Positions 26,801 through 40,400 of a stretch of DNA of 64,000 nt are shown one piece after another (positions within the stretch are counted from its first letter, which is position 1; the number at the start of each line of letters is the position of its first letter). The DNA is from Pocillopora damicornis (lineage: Eukaryota). A model generated the notes under the pieces. That model was not told the DNA's origin. It did not search any database and saw nothing but the letters and a program-made list of their open reading frames with translations. Where the stretch lies: NCBI RefSeq assembly GCF_003704095.1, contig NW_020846532.1, positions 186,001-250,000 on the forward strand. The letters are read 5' to 3'. The position numbers and the translations under genes are program-made.

Positions 26801-29800
26801 TAAATAATGGGAAAGCTTGTACGCTGGCAAGTTTCCAACTTGAACACATATTTTGCGCAATTAGCGCATCAAAAGTCTAAAGGCAAAATGCCGCGAAAGT
26901 GAAACATAAAGATCGAAAATTCTCTAATAAGTCCCAGAACTTAGGTTTACCACCTGAATAAAAAACAGATATCTAGCCTAAACTTTAGGTTGAAATCTTC
27001 ATAATATGACAGATTCGGCATTTTGAACGCGTGTATCGTATCATTTTGACATTTAATTTTGAAAATGTTTGCCTCTGGCGGCTGTCTCTTATTTAAATGA
27101 CGTTTTATGCAAGATAAACGATCGATAGTAAAAATCTTATCCTCCTCCTGCCAGTATTATAGTATTACTGTCCGCAATTAGGAAGATATGTATATAGTAA
27201 AATAGTATCTAATAGTAAATATTCATAAATAATTTTTTTCCTGTGATTTTGTCGATCCTCGTTCAGCGAAAAAACAGAGGATAAAATGCAAACAAAACTG
27301 CAAATTTTATGGAGGAAATGGTAGAGAAACAACAGTCGATCGAATTTCAAAAGAATTCGCTTTTTTTGTTTCATAGCATAGCGTAAGCAGGACTACAATA
27401 TTTGTATGAAGAACAATCAGCATATTCAAATGGTGTGAATGGAAGAGGACAAACCTGATAGATCCGGCTGTTGTAATCCTTGCCGAGTGATTGTTGTTTC
27501 AAATCCCGCTTCTTTTCTTCACCACAACAAAGAATTACCGTCAGGCTGGAAAAAATTGAGGTCGGAACATGTGTTAATTTCCTCCCACTTCAAAAGCAGA
27601 AAACCATGTGACTTTTCTGGTCACGAGCCTCGAGGCTTGTGCCCTGAATCATGGCAAAATGAAACGCGCCGCAGTGTACCTATTTCAAAGAGCTTGCAAT
27701 TTTCCCTGTGCTTAAGTTAGCTTTGGCCTTACAAGAAAGCGCTATCGTCTGCGCGAATCAAAGCCAGCAAAATACATCTTCGAGATCACATTAACTGATC
27801 AATAATATTTACAGTTCACTATTTCGACAATCAAACCAACACCTGTGGGCTCCTGCGGTGTTTTCTACCCGCTGAAACTCATTTTCGCGTCAGGAACTTT
27901 GCAGTTATTGGTCGTGTTCGCCCAAACTAGCGCTTTATCTCGTTCCATATCAAGATTCAATCCATGAAATTCTCATAATTGCCTCAAAACAGCTCTAACC
28001 ATCATACATCAAAAAAGAAGTGCGAAGTTTTTAAAAAAAACAAACAAACATTTGGCACCAAAAAAACTCCGGGAAAATGACAGTAACAACAAAAACAACG
28101 AAATAAATTTTAGTCAAGAATAATAATGGACTAGATATGTATACTCACAACTTTTCGGAGAGCAAACTGAATCCAAATTGAGTTTTTTAATTACGACCCG
28201 AGCAACAGAAAATAGATTTGGACACCGTTTAAAAACCTATCTTCTGTAAATCAAAAAAAGTAATCTTGTCTATGCCTTTAATTTCGCCGAAACGGACTTA
28301 AATGGGGCGATTTAAAAAGGGTATTTTAAAGTGTCTATATTGTGCTTAAAATGTTTAAAAAGCTTTGTAATCTGAATGTGATTTGACAGCTCGTAATCTA
28401 ACTTGTTGTAAATCGTTATTTTAAACCCAAACGCGTCGGAAAGGGCCTAATATGTAAACCAAACAATAAAATTACTAGAAACTCGGCAAACATTTGCAAA
28501 TTTGATACGTCCGAATTCTGAAAGGAATTTAATGCGAAATTACTTTGTCATTTTAATCACAACTTTCGTATACCATGGTAAAATGAAAAATCGGATCGAC
28601 CTTGAACGTTCAAAGAAGTTTCTTGCGAAAGGAAAGGACAAAAGTAGTACTGCAATTTCATAAGAAAAAAAACAACACAAAGGCGCCTTTATACAAAAAT
28701 ATGCAATTAGATCTATCTATAAAATTAAAAGAAATTCTATTTAATGCTGGCAATCAATTCAGATTCAGATATCAACAGCTGGTGAGTCATGCAATTATCA
28801 GCAATGTCCTGAAATTTAATGTTTTCAACTAGTAATAGGTATCTGAATTCTGAGCAAAAATCAGTCGAGTCTTTTTGCAATACTTTGAGTATCCATTGCT
28901 AAGGGAGGTTTCCTGAAAAAAGAAAATAACTCGCAATAATTTTGGTTCTATTAGAAACCCTGAAATCATCTCGAGCTTTAAAAACTGATCATTGAAAAAA
29001 GTTTTCTGACCCCGCCGACAATTATTCGTCCTTTCTGCCCCAAAAAATCACGTTCATTGTTGCTAACTTAAACATTTCAGCTCTTCTTCGAGAATGTTTT
29101 GGCCCTCACACAGCTTGTACGGCGATGATGGAGCCGTAACACAACATGTGTAACGAAATCTCAAGTTTTGACTTTCAATTTGACAGTCCACTTTTTTATG
29201 AGCCGCAGGAAAGCACTTTGCCTCATAGTTTGCCTGGCAAGCTATCTGGGGGCCTGGGCAGAGAAGGGGAAAGGGCGGGGTGGGAGTCCATATCTACATA
29301 GCCTTTGCTTCTTACAAGATAAATGGGATGACAATACAACCATTATTTGTTTCTGCACTTACGTGCACTGTTTAGATATGGGAACACTAGATATCTAACA
29401 CACGGCACGGCCTCAGCACGTAACAGGGAAAATTTGGAAGGAATTCGAAGGGACCGAAAAATGAAAACAGGCAGCCACGCCTCCACTAGCCTCTACTTCC
29501 TCACTTCCTCTAGCATTCCATATGGTATAAGAGAAGTGATGCGAGCTGCCCAGGAACAGACATTCTGCTCTGCGAACAACGACAAATACATCAGTTTTAA
29601 AAGCAGAGATTTGAAACCTGTATTCTTATATTCAAATTATTTGAAGCTTCCGCAAGCAAGTTTGATTTACATTTTTTTCTAATATTTGACGTTTCTTTAT
29701 TCATTTTTCAAGACCATCGCCCCATTAGGATCCTCGCTTGAACACTTCAACGATGCCTGAGCCCTTTGATTCTCTCAATTAACCTGTAAGTTCTCCCCAT

Positions 29801-29839
29801 AATTTCAACGCAGTATCCCGAAAACAAGTTCAGCCATTG

Positions 29840-32800
29840 CTAGCTTCCCTTATTTTCAAGTTCATAAGCAATGTTCAACATTTCGTGCACATGAACGATC
29901 TTTTCGCGAGGTTTTCCGCGTTCATTTCCCCTCTTTTGTTCAACTTGATCGATTTTGCGCCATTGATCAAAGAACACAGGTCTGACCCCTGGAAAAGGAG
30001 AAAAAAAAACAGATAGAAACTTTGAATAAATGAACAGGATATATACGCATATATTTCAATCCATGTACCGAAAGGTCAAGAGAAAGATTATCTTAACCCT
30101 TCACACCCAAACATCAGTATACATATCCCTCATACTGTTTTTTATACATTTCCTATGACACTAACGATGAGAATTTACACAAATATCGAGAGCTTTTCAA
30201 ATCTGAGATCATTTCCTTAATTCTCATGAGCCTAATGTTTGATTCAGCGGTGATATCTTGGTGAGAAATTAGATAGCAGTCGCCCTAAAGGGTTTAAGGC
30301 ATTGTCATATGTCAGTGTCTCTGGTAGTGGACACTGAGGCTCTAGGGATAATTTCTACGACCTTCCCGAAAAATGTATCGTTCCAAAGGATTGGTCTGTA
30401 AACGGGGTTTGTGTGAAACAGGCCTCAATAACAACGCAGAAAGAAAAACGGAGGGAGGTCTTGTACAGGTTGTGTAACCCAGCTCAAATCTCCCCTTTGC
30501 ATCGCTCTACGCTATTTTTGCAAACCGTCTGACACTGAAAACCCTTGTACGGGCTACTCTACAAATGCACTGGTCACTCATCTTCCGCACTTACCTCTTG
30601 AGTTTAGTAAGCTTTTTATCGCCTCGTATCCCTTAACTGGATCGACTTTTGTCTTTAAGTTACCTTCAATTCAAGGGAGACAGATAAAAGAAAACTCTGG
30701 TTGGAACACAACTTTTTCCTCTCCTAACCAGTCATTCATTCCCTGATGAGTAGGTCTTGAGGAAAACTCACCGGATTTTAGATCCTGTACAACAAGCTCT
30801 CCTGTTTGAAAGGCATCGTTCATTGTGGTTGCAATGACACCTACAGGTCCATTTCTCACCCAGCCACTGCAGTACAGACCTAACGTGACAAAACAATCGC
30901 AAACAGGCAAACGATGCGGGGTTATCCATTCGAAAAAAACTTTGCCTGAAAGTTTCCCGATCGTCACTGCAATCCGTGCTACACACAGTCATCCTTACCC
31001 CTCCCTGCGAGTCTGTGGTTTTTTGCACTGCTTAAGTGTCTGTTCACTTTATCAAACGTTTAGTCAAACATTTTACTCGATTTAATGGCGATTGTCTGAC
31101 ACGCTTGAAAAAATGTTCGAAAGATGGTAGCGTTTGGCCAAAATGATCCAACATGTTCGTGTTCTCTTTATAGAAGTTGATAAAAAAGGTTCGGTAATGG
31201 AAACGCGAGAAAAAAAAAACCCACAAAGGCACGCTATTGAAAGTGTAAGCCCACCCAAATCGGTCTTAGGAACTTGAAATTTTGTCAAAGCATTACCTGG
31301 AATTAAAGCAACACCTTTGTCGGACGTTCCAGTATTGTCTTCGGAGGAAAAAAGTAATAATTAATGAACGAGTGAAAGAGTTTGTTTTAATACAAAAAAA
31401 TTAACTTGAGGCGATCTCCTTGTAGCGCACCGTGCATCCTGTTGCACAGATCACCCAACATCACCACCAAGAAATCTTCGTTGGAGATGTGAAAGTCGGT
31501 GCTTCACAGACAATTAGAAACAATTTGGATTTCAGCACTCTTGCGTACCGACGGCTCAGTAAAAAAATTCGCGCCAATCGGGTCGCTTAACATGTTACGT
31601 CATGAGCGCTGCTCTTTCACTACAAACAAAATCTCACACCAGAACATGAAAGAGCACGACAACAACGACGAAAACATCTCATACTAAACAGTCAAATCTA
31701 CATTATAAAAATTCAATTGATGAGAAATTTTCGATGGAGTACCGAAAGTTATTCTTGATTGGTTTTGCTTCATTTTGTTGTGTGTTTGTGCCAAAAACTT
31801 GCGCCACTTTCTCAACCACTCAGATTCAATTAAAACTAGCCACGACTTTGTCACTCGTGTTTTCCGCGCTGCGCTTCAGGCAGTTTGCTTGGTTTTACTT
31901 CGCAGGAATTTTCTCTGGCTCTTTGAGACATTTTCCTTGATATGACTGGCTGTTGTGATTACTTTTATTTTGGTTTTACGACACTTATTCTAAAAGTACT
32001 CTTATGCTGATAACAATAATGGCTTCAATTTTTGCACTTTTACTTACTTGCATCAACTACTCTTCCATTAATGTTGAGGATGACACCTTTCCTCCTGTCA
32101 AACGGAACCTCGTTATCAAGTGGAATGCTTTTGTATCCAATGCTACGAAAAACCTGAGAGAAAAAATACCGACAAATCAGTTAGCAAGCACTTAGCAAGC
32201 ACTTATTTTGCGAGGAGAAGCCAAAAAAACAAGCCGAACGAGAAAGAAAAACACAAGGGAGTTAATTCATTTCACCGTAAAATTAGCAATAACTCGCCAC
32301 TAACTGGAATAATTACAATTGCAGTCTCTCTCAGGCAACGTCCGTCGCGCCAGTGAAACAAAAAACAGTGGAAAGAAAATTGATGATTGCGCGCTGCGCG
32401 GAACTCTGGAGGTGAGGCGCGCGAATAGTAGGTGTTCTTCATTCCCAGAGTTCCACACAGCGCGCTAACATCAATTTTCTTTAGTGAGTTTTTTTACTCA
32501 TACGACACGACTTCGCAGAAAGGGAGAAACTTCTCGTAGTCTACGGATTTTACAATCTCTCACCAAGCCACACGGTAAATCCTCATAAACGCCAGTGCCA
32601 CGGGCTTGACATGTTCCATCACCCTGCTGCATGCAAACAAACCATACTGTATTAATTCATGGAGCGCATTTTGAGTGAGTGTCGTAAACGCAAGAGTCCA
32701 TCGGTAGAAAAGAAACTATCAAAAGAGACAAATGAGAACGGATAGTTAAAACTAGCAAACAACTTGACGCCCAGGAAACACGAGTGGCCTTGTAGAGATT

Positions 32801-35800
32801 GGTTTCGTCTTGAATCTGATTGGATGAGAGGATGGAGCGAATTTTCCGGACCAATCACATGCCAGCGAAGTAAGGCAAGTCCAAAGTAATCCCAGATTAC
32901 TTTCGGATATTTACCTCAACTAAGTTGTTGACTTCACATCTTACTCCTGATATTTTTCCTAACGCCGACAGAAACTCCACGGGAGTCCTCTGAAACTTAA
33001 GCCCCCAAGTTTTGTGCGTTGAATTTTGTGAGGTACCTCCATTTCTTTAAAAGAAAAGGAAAACAAAGATTGTCCAAATTAACGTATCAGTTAAAAGGAG
33101 GTGTTTGGTAGAGTTCATTTAACTTACATTGCTGTTTTGCACATCAGTTCTGTCAGTCTTTTTCGAGGTCTTGGAATACCTATAAAGAACATGAATCAAA
33201 CAAAATTAAGCCTGAAAATTTGGTGGAAAAATCTTTAAATAATCTATAGATTCTTATAGCCGCTAGCCAACAAAACGCCAACGAAATGTTTCTTCAGACA
33301 GGTCACAAAGTACATTGCCATAACAGCGTAAAAAGCTTCCAGATATTTCCTTAAGCAGAAACTTAAATTGAAAATACAACCTACTAGAGAGCTTTTCTTG
33401 TATTATTCTGAAGTCTTCAGGATTAAATATAGCTTTACAACCTGGTAACTTAGTCATTTCGCGTAATTCCTTTATAGTGAAAGAAACCTGGAGAGTAAAA
33501 AATTAAAAACAATTAACAAATCAAGAAACCTATACCAACAGTATCTATACTGATGTAAAAGAAGATGGTAAATTTTTAAATTTAATTTAAGCCTGATGAT
33601 ACGATTATTAAGTAAAATATGATGTTGTTCAGTTAATGTCACAGGCATACTTGGAGAAAGAGAACTCCAAGTGCTTCTACTAGGAGTCCAGCCTTACCTA
33701 CGTGTCAATATGTGAACAAGAAATCATATTGTAGCAGCATGCAGGATGTTTGTCACTGTGGGCCTAGTTAAACTGCCAAGCCTGCCACACAAGTCTTCTA
33801 TAGCTCAGCAGTAGGAGATCTGAAGTACCAATCACAAGGTAAAAAGTTTGAGTCCTATAGGGAGCATTTGGAGTTTTTTTTTTTTCCGAGCATGCCTGAG
33901 TCATTCGCTCAATAACAACACTGATCTTTCACCCAGTAGCAGAATTTACCTCTCCTTTTTCATTGACTGCGTTACATTGAAAACTCTTTCGCAACATGGC
34001 AAATCTTAAAAAATTAGCAAAATGTGCATTTGATTTTGCTGCTATGTTACACTCACCTGCAGAGGTCCCCTTCTTCCCACTATGTAAACTGTGTTTATTT
34101 GACTCTTCCTCAACAGTTCCAAGGCATGATCACAAATGTCTGTTTTCTAACAGGGGTGTAAGATGGGAAGAAATACCAAAATTTTAAAAGTCACTAGGCT
34201 AAGCCTATTTTCTTTTTTCAAAGAATTTCTCTGTATGATGGTATGTGCTGGTTAATAATTGTCTGTATCAGGGCTTTTTAACCTGCTTTAATTGGTCAAA
34301 CTTCAACTTGAAATTACATTTTGAGATGTATGATGATAAGAGACCTTATTTGGATGCTTTGATTTGATTTTCAACACACATGACAAACTGTTAAAGGTTC
34401 AGGAACCACTTTGATTTCTTTTTGAAAAGTTTAACACCTGACAAAGTGCATAGCACATCAGCCCTTCCAAAATTTTACCTAAACATTGCTCAATGTAAAC
34501 AATAAAAATACACGTTTAAAATTACTCTTGCGTATGACAATGAATCAGAGCCCATTATTCTTTTTGTTTGGAAGTAGCAGAGATGTGAAAAGCTGACAGA
34601 ATGCTTGTTATTAATTACCTCTAAAAGTTCTATTGGACTGAGTAGAATCCTTGCAACATCAAGAGCAACATTACCCTGACCCAATATGACAGCAGTTTCT
34701 GAGCTCAGATCTGGTTCTAACTGTAAACAGTGGATTCAATTAGCAAAACAGAAAAATAGAGAGAGACCACAAAACAAACATACACTTACAATTTATAAGC
34801 AATAAAATGTTTTTGTCCCTCAGGTACCTCAGTTCAAATAAAAAAAAAAACATTTTTTTATTTTGATTGGTGGCCAAAGATACTTGGAATATTTGATCAA
34901 GTCTCACTGATTAACCCTTTAACTCCAATAAGTGATAAACATGTAACTTCTCCTTATAGTATCCATACATTATTCAGCAAACAGGTAATGAGAATACTCA
35001 AACTCATCAGGTACAAGGTATTACCTTGATTGAACACCAAATTCTTATAACTAATTAACAAGGAAATGTGTAGCAGCTAGAGGGGAGAATTGACAATCAG
35101 ATCTTGGGAGTTAAAGGGTTAACAAATACACTTTGTTGTTACAATTCTGGAATATAGAATGAAAAGAGAATTTACCAATGTTAAATTTGTATTATGCACA
35201 ATGTTAACTCAGTCACTGGAAAATCGTTATCATGTGGTATTCATGTATGCAGTTTAAGATTTATACATTCAGAGTTAAGTGTATTTTGGAGTAAGTTTAG
35301 CTCTTGTTTAATTAAGTTTGATCATATAAATAACTGCATGGCAGGGTAGCATGAGGAAACAGCAGTAAATTTACATACTTGAGAATTAGCTGGTAATCCA
35401 TTATACCATTCCACAAATGCTCTTGCTGAATATACTCCAGGTAAATCCTATGAAGTTGTAAGTACATATGAGTATTCTGAACCACCATTTTAATTGACTA
35501 CTGACAACATCCTTCTCAGAACTACAGTCACCCAGACCATCAGACTAAACTATCACATGACTAATTATTCCCAAATTGTCACAGAATAGGTGGATTACTG
35601 ACCAGGCAACCAAGCATTAGAAATATCCTGTTCAGATTAAGAAAAAATGACATGTTACCTCACCAGGAATTCCAAATGTTCTGTCATCTTCTGCTCCATA
35701 ACACTGCAAACCCAGGGAAATCATTTGAAAAGAGACATTTGATCATAACATCTAAAAATTGCTTATCAGGATTGTTCTATCACTGAATGAATTCCTATCA

Positions 35801-37299
35801 ACTGTCATTAGGATGATAGTGTTGCTTAAGTATACACTAGTTCCCGTTGATTTAAAATAAAGAGATGAACACATAGATATGTTGAATATAAAGACATGCT
35901 GATGATGATCTCAAGCTGGGTCTTGAGATCATCTAATTCAGTCACTACTCCCAATGAAAGTGCTTCCCATGAATATCCTTGCCCAGAGAGCCACACCGCA
36001 AGATCAATTCACACTGCTAGGTACAAACCACATTTCTTACAAAACACCTGTAGCCAATAGAGTTTTCAGAATGTTATACTTTATTTTAGATTTGAATATC
36101 TTTTTAAAATCTGTCTTAAATCGCCTAATGTACATAATAAAACTAAATTCATTCTATCTTACCAAGATAACAGCATCATAAGCTTGGAGTAACTCTGTAA
36201 GTTTCACATCTTTTCCAACATTTACATTTCCAATAAAAGTACATCTGTCAGATGAGGCCGTAGTTGTGAACTGGTTTATGCAGTTCTGCATAACAAGAGT
36301 ACTAAATCATGTCAATGACATTTCACTTGATTTAAAACAGTTAAGTCTATAAACAGCTCAAGACAATTGACTCACATATCTGACAGAGTATATCCCAGTT
36401 TCTATGGTAAGAAGCAGCAAGGCATATTGTTAATCAACTAAATACCATGCTTTCAATAAGACCTGGCACCCACCAGAGTTCTGGCTGGTATTCTGTTGTG
36501 AAGTACTGGGTATACTTTGAAAGCTTTCAAGCAAACTCACAAAGTGAGGCCTAAAAAACACCTTGAGTTCTTTCAGTTGACTTTTACCTTTCTAAGCAGG
36601 TTTTGATAAAAATGATTGATATTTTATTATCATATATTTCAGCACATATTTCATAAATTTCCAGCAAAGATTTTGAGTTTCCAAGGACATACTAACTTCA
36701 ATTTCGCTAACCAGTAACCGTATGTCCTTTCAGAGGACTTTTTGGGTGAAACCCAGGGAACAGGCTTGCATGTCAGCAAATGGAAAATTTTGATCGGGGA
36801 GTAGTGTAGTGATACTCCTACTTGCTTCATGTGTGCAAACACTAAAATAGTCTTGCCTTAGTTTCAGGATGATCAGGGGCAATTCCAAATCTTGCTAAGC
36901 CGAATGGTACAGGAAGACGTTCATAAACATCAGTCACAGCATCTTCATGGGACTGCAAAAATTAACATACACCAGTCAGTTTCCGACTCCATAAGGAAAA
37001 AGGGGGAGGGGGGAACGTACCCCCCTCCCTCCACCCCACGCCCTTTTCCGAAGCCAGTCACTGAAAGGGAACAAGCAATAATAATTATTTAAAATGCCTA
37101 CCTTCAAAATTTGCTGCGCTGTGTAAAATCCCGCAGGACCACTGCCTACAATACCTACATGAGGTCTGTGTTTTTGATGTTTACTAACAGACACCGAAAA
37201 ACACCTGAGATGTGTAGTGAACAACCTCCGAACGCCAGATTGCACAGAGCTTGAGATAGCATTGCAAAGACTTAATGATGGCTTCAGAGATGTCTTCAT
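29840..37299 (-). CDS. FDXR: NADPH:adrenodoxin (ferredoxin) reductase, mitochondrial, ~513 aa, 16 exons
   Basis: Exons 37299-37102, 36952-36857, 36285-36163, 35703-35659, 35447-35379, 34720-34619, 34146-34057, 33487-33385, 33179-33128, 33044-32915, 32623-32564, 32153-32048, 31338-31297, 30879-30772, 30663-30595, 29988-29840 splice in frame. Motifs [70 protein letters not shown]. Basic/Ser-rich N-terminal presequence. Confidence 0.96.
30093..30297. mobile_element. piggyBac-type MITE copy in the last FDXR intron
   Basis: Starts TTAACCCTTCACACCCAAACATCAGTAT. Confidence 0.7.
31715..31995. repeat. Interspersed repeat, with an opposite-orientation copy at 32660-32908 and a third at ~57700-57905
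   Basis: CGCCACTTTCTCAACCACTCAGATTCAA is the approximate reverse complement of TTGAATCTGATTGGATGAGAGGATGGAGCG; TTTACGACACT / AGTGTCGTAAA ends. Confidence 0.65.
32320..32543. mobile_element. Hairpin-forming MITE-like repeat in FDXR intron 11
   Basis: AAGAAAATTGATGATTGCGCGCTGCGCGGAACTCTGG pairs with CCAGAGTTCCACACAGCGCGCTAACATCAATTTTCTT. Confidence 0.65.
33620..33928. repeat. tRNA-derived repeat with inverted ends (decayed)
   Basis: Ends are imperfect inverted copies (CAGGCATACTTGGAGAA / TTCCGAGCATGCCTG); internal TAGCTCAG A-box-like motif. Similar decayed tRNA-like repeat at ~56330-56540. Confidence 0.5.
34911..35122. mobile_element. piggyBac-type MITE, complete
   Basis: TTAA-CCCTTTAACTCC ... 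GGAGTTAAAGGG-TTAA: TIRs plus TTAA target duplication. Confidence 0.88.
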
Positions 37300-37491
37300 A
37301 ACCTTTTAGAGCTTTACCTCTTGTTCTCCCTTTTTTCTAAGAATGATCAGTGATCAGTCTTCAGATCACCGTAGATTGTGTGATTTGCCATGGATTACTG
37401 AACTGAGTCCACGATAAACTTTGGATTTATGGACAAATATTCTGGTGGTGTAACAGTCATCTAGTGAACATCTATGTCATAGATTTTCAAC
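37300..37491. promoter_or_regulatory. Putative bidirectional promoter shared by FDXR and GPN1
   Basis: Only 192 bp separate the two divergent ATGs. Confidence 0.65.
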
Positions 37492-40400
37492 ATGGCGGAA
37501 GCGAGTGGCGGGGAAAACACTTCTTCGCCTTCTGCAACAACATCTACCGATAGCAGCGATCAAGCTGCAAGTGGAGACTCACTGAAAGAAAAGCCCACTT
37601 GCATATTATGTCTTGGTATGGCTGGATCTGGAAAGACAACTTTTGTGCAGGTATATATTAAACGGTTCCCTCGGTTGTCAAAAAGTGATAGAACGTTCCG
37701 ATTGCGTTAATTAGGTCCCACGTGCCCTTAATGCGTTCGATCACATCGAGGAGAGATAATTCGTTTGGCTTCCAGAATTATGATTCAAGCGTAACACTTC
37801 TACATTATACCGGGAAAATGATCCTTGTTACTCACCGCAGTGATGACAACAATCCTCGTAGTTTTTGAATGAACTTTATGAATGATTTGGGGAAAAAATT
37901 TGGCAAAATGATTCCATTATTCTTTAAGACATAATTTCTTATATAAGTTTGAGTTTGCAATGAAATTATCGACTTCTTAAATGACTGACTGAAGAGTTTG
38001 TATTTTTAAATGAATTGCATTGAAATTAAAGTCCACTTGTCCACAAGTTATCGCAAGTTATGAAGCAAGAGTGGGGTAACGCTTCGAATAATCAGTATGT
38101 TGAAATCTTAAGGTTAAGGTAACATGAATGTACTTAAACCTTATCTCTCATGACCAGGACAGAATTTCTCCTTACAATATCAATACAATATCAAGCAGGC
38201 AGGTGATGAGAAAAAAGAAAAATATCAATTAGGTGATTATTTTTTGATCCAGTACCAAATTCTACAAACTAACATTGCAAGAATTATATATCAGACGGTA
38301 GGGAGAATTGCTGATGAGATCTTGGGAGTGAAAGGATAAAACTTCCAAGAAACTAAAACCATTCTGTAACCTTTCAGAGACTAACAGCACACTTGTATGC
38401 CAAAAAGGAGACTCCTTACGTTGTCAACCTTGACCCAGCTGTGAAAGAAGTACCATATCCAGCAAACATTGACATCAGAGACTCAGTGAACTATAAAGAA
38501 GTCATGAAACAGTACAAGTTAGGACCAAATGGGGGAATTGTTACATCACTGAACCTGTTTGCAACAAGATTTGATCAGGTTATGAGCTTTCTGGACAAGA
38601 AACAGTCAAATGAGTTCAAGTTAGTAATGCTTTCATAATTGCAAAATGACGCCAAAATGAGCTAGTTTTACAAGGATACCACTAAATTTTTTAAGAAATT
38701 TGATTCATTGAACAGTGAATTTTTTCGCATTCTAAAGATTTATGTGAACCATGTTACTTCCAGGATTTTAAAGCTACCTCTCCTTCTTTATTTTTTGTAT
38801 TTCTTTGATGGCTAATCAAAAACTACTTATCCCCAAAAAAAGAGCTGTAAAGGAGCCTGGATGATAATATCACTATCATTTATTGAGCACAATTTTTTTT
38901 TTGCCATTTAATTCATATTCCCAGCAAGCATCTGATATCAGATTAAATATACTATATTATTTCATTGCAGGTTTGCCATCTTTGACACGCCAGGCCAGAT
39001 AGAAGTATTCACTTGGTCAGCATCAGGGGCCATCATAACTGAGGCACTCGCATCTTCCTTTGCCACGGTTGTTGTGTACATAATAGATACAGCAAGAAGC
39101 ACAAATCCTGTCACTTTCATGTCCAATATGCTGTATGCCTGCAGTATCTTGTACAAGACCAAATTACCATTTGTAGTTGTTCTAAATAAGGTGATTTAAG
39201 TTTTGTTTTCTCTGCTGGTATAGACCAGAAGTGTCTGTCTTATTTCCAGGTATAAGTCAAGTCTCCCAAAGTTCTTCTTTCAGGTGGTAACCTGTAAAAA
39301 TGAACTTCCTATAGTACCTTTTCTTACTGCCTAAAATCGCTTGGGAAAAAAAAAGGTTACTCTACTAGTTTTAAAATTTATTTTACCCATGATGTTTAAA
39401 GTAAGATGAGAATGCTGAGTCTCTTGGTGTGATAACAATATCTGTTTGAGTCAGCATTTGGCATTTAGTGCTACAATCTAAAAAAAAAAAGGAAACAAGG
39501 CCAAAAACCACATTTTTTCAATTCACTCGAGGATTGCATTTTACTACAGATAACTGAACCAACAATATTTTTCATTTTTAGACAGATATTGTTGATCATA
39601 ACTTTGCTGTTGAATGGATGCAAGATTTTGAAGTGTTTGAAGAGGCTTTGTCTCAAGATACAACTTACATGTCAAGTTTGACGAGGTCAATGAGTTTGGT
39701 CCTTGATGAGTTCTATCAGAATCTTCGGACTGTAGGTGTATCATCAATGACTGGGGCTGGTTTTGAGGAGTTCTTAAAGGCAGTAGACAATGCTGTTGTG
39801 GAGTTTGAGACTCAGTACAAACCAGGTAAAATACTTTGAGATATGTTAACCATTTTACTCCCTAGATCTTCTACCTGATAAGTTTTAAGTACTCTTATTG
39901 CCTGGACTCTTGATTATGTATGGATATTATAGGGAGAAGTTGCATTTTAATCATTTCTGGATGGAAAAGATGAACTGCAAAATACCATGTTTCACCTTGG
40001 TCTAAAGAGTGGGGGAGACCACTGACCTGAAAGTTGGTGCTGGATTCTGGGCTGAGAGGTCCAGTCTCAAGACCTTGTTGGGTGATGTTGGGGTGTTCTT
40101 GGGAAACCACTCTCCACTAAGAAATATGAATGGGTGTGGGCAAACTGTCAGGAATCCCTGAGAAATTGCTGGGATGGTACCCTGCCTGGATGGGTCACTT
40201 GGCCCAAATAGAGACTTACCACTTTTTTGTAACTTGAAGTTAAGAAGGATGTTCTAGCATTTCCCATGAGTGTGGAACATTAAAAAATCAGTGAGAGTCC
40301 CTCACAAGGTGGGATACTCAACAATGAAATTGAAAGATCTGGGGTTCAAATTATTTGGGTCATGCTCCAAGACGTGTTACATCTTTCCCTAAAACTGTAG

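Noticed and set aside
11400-29700. Dozens of 60-120 aa ORFs in the intergenic region
   Set aside because: No recognisable domains, mostly TTG/GTG starts, and no consistent splice-linked frames.
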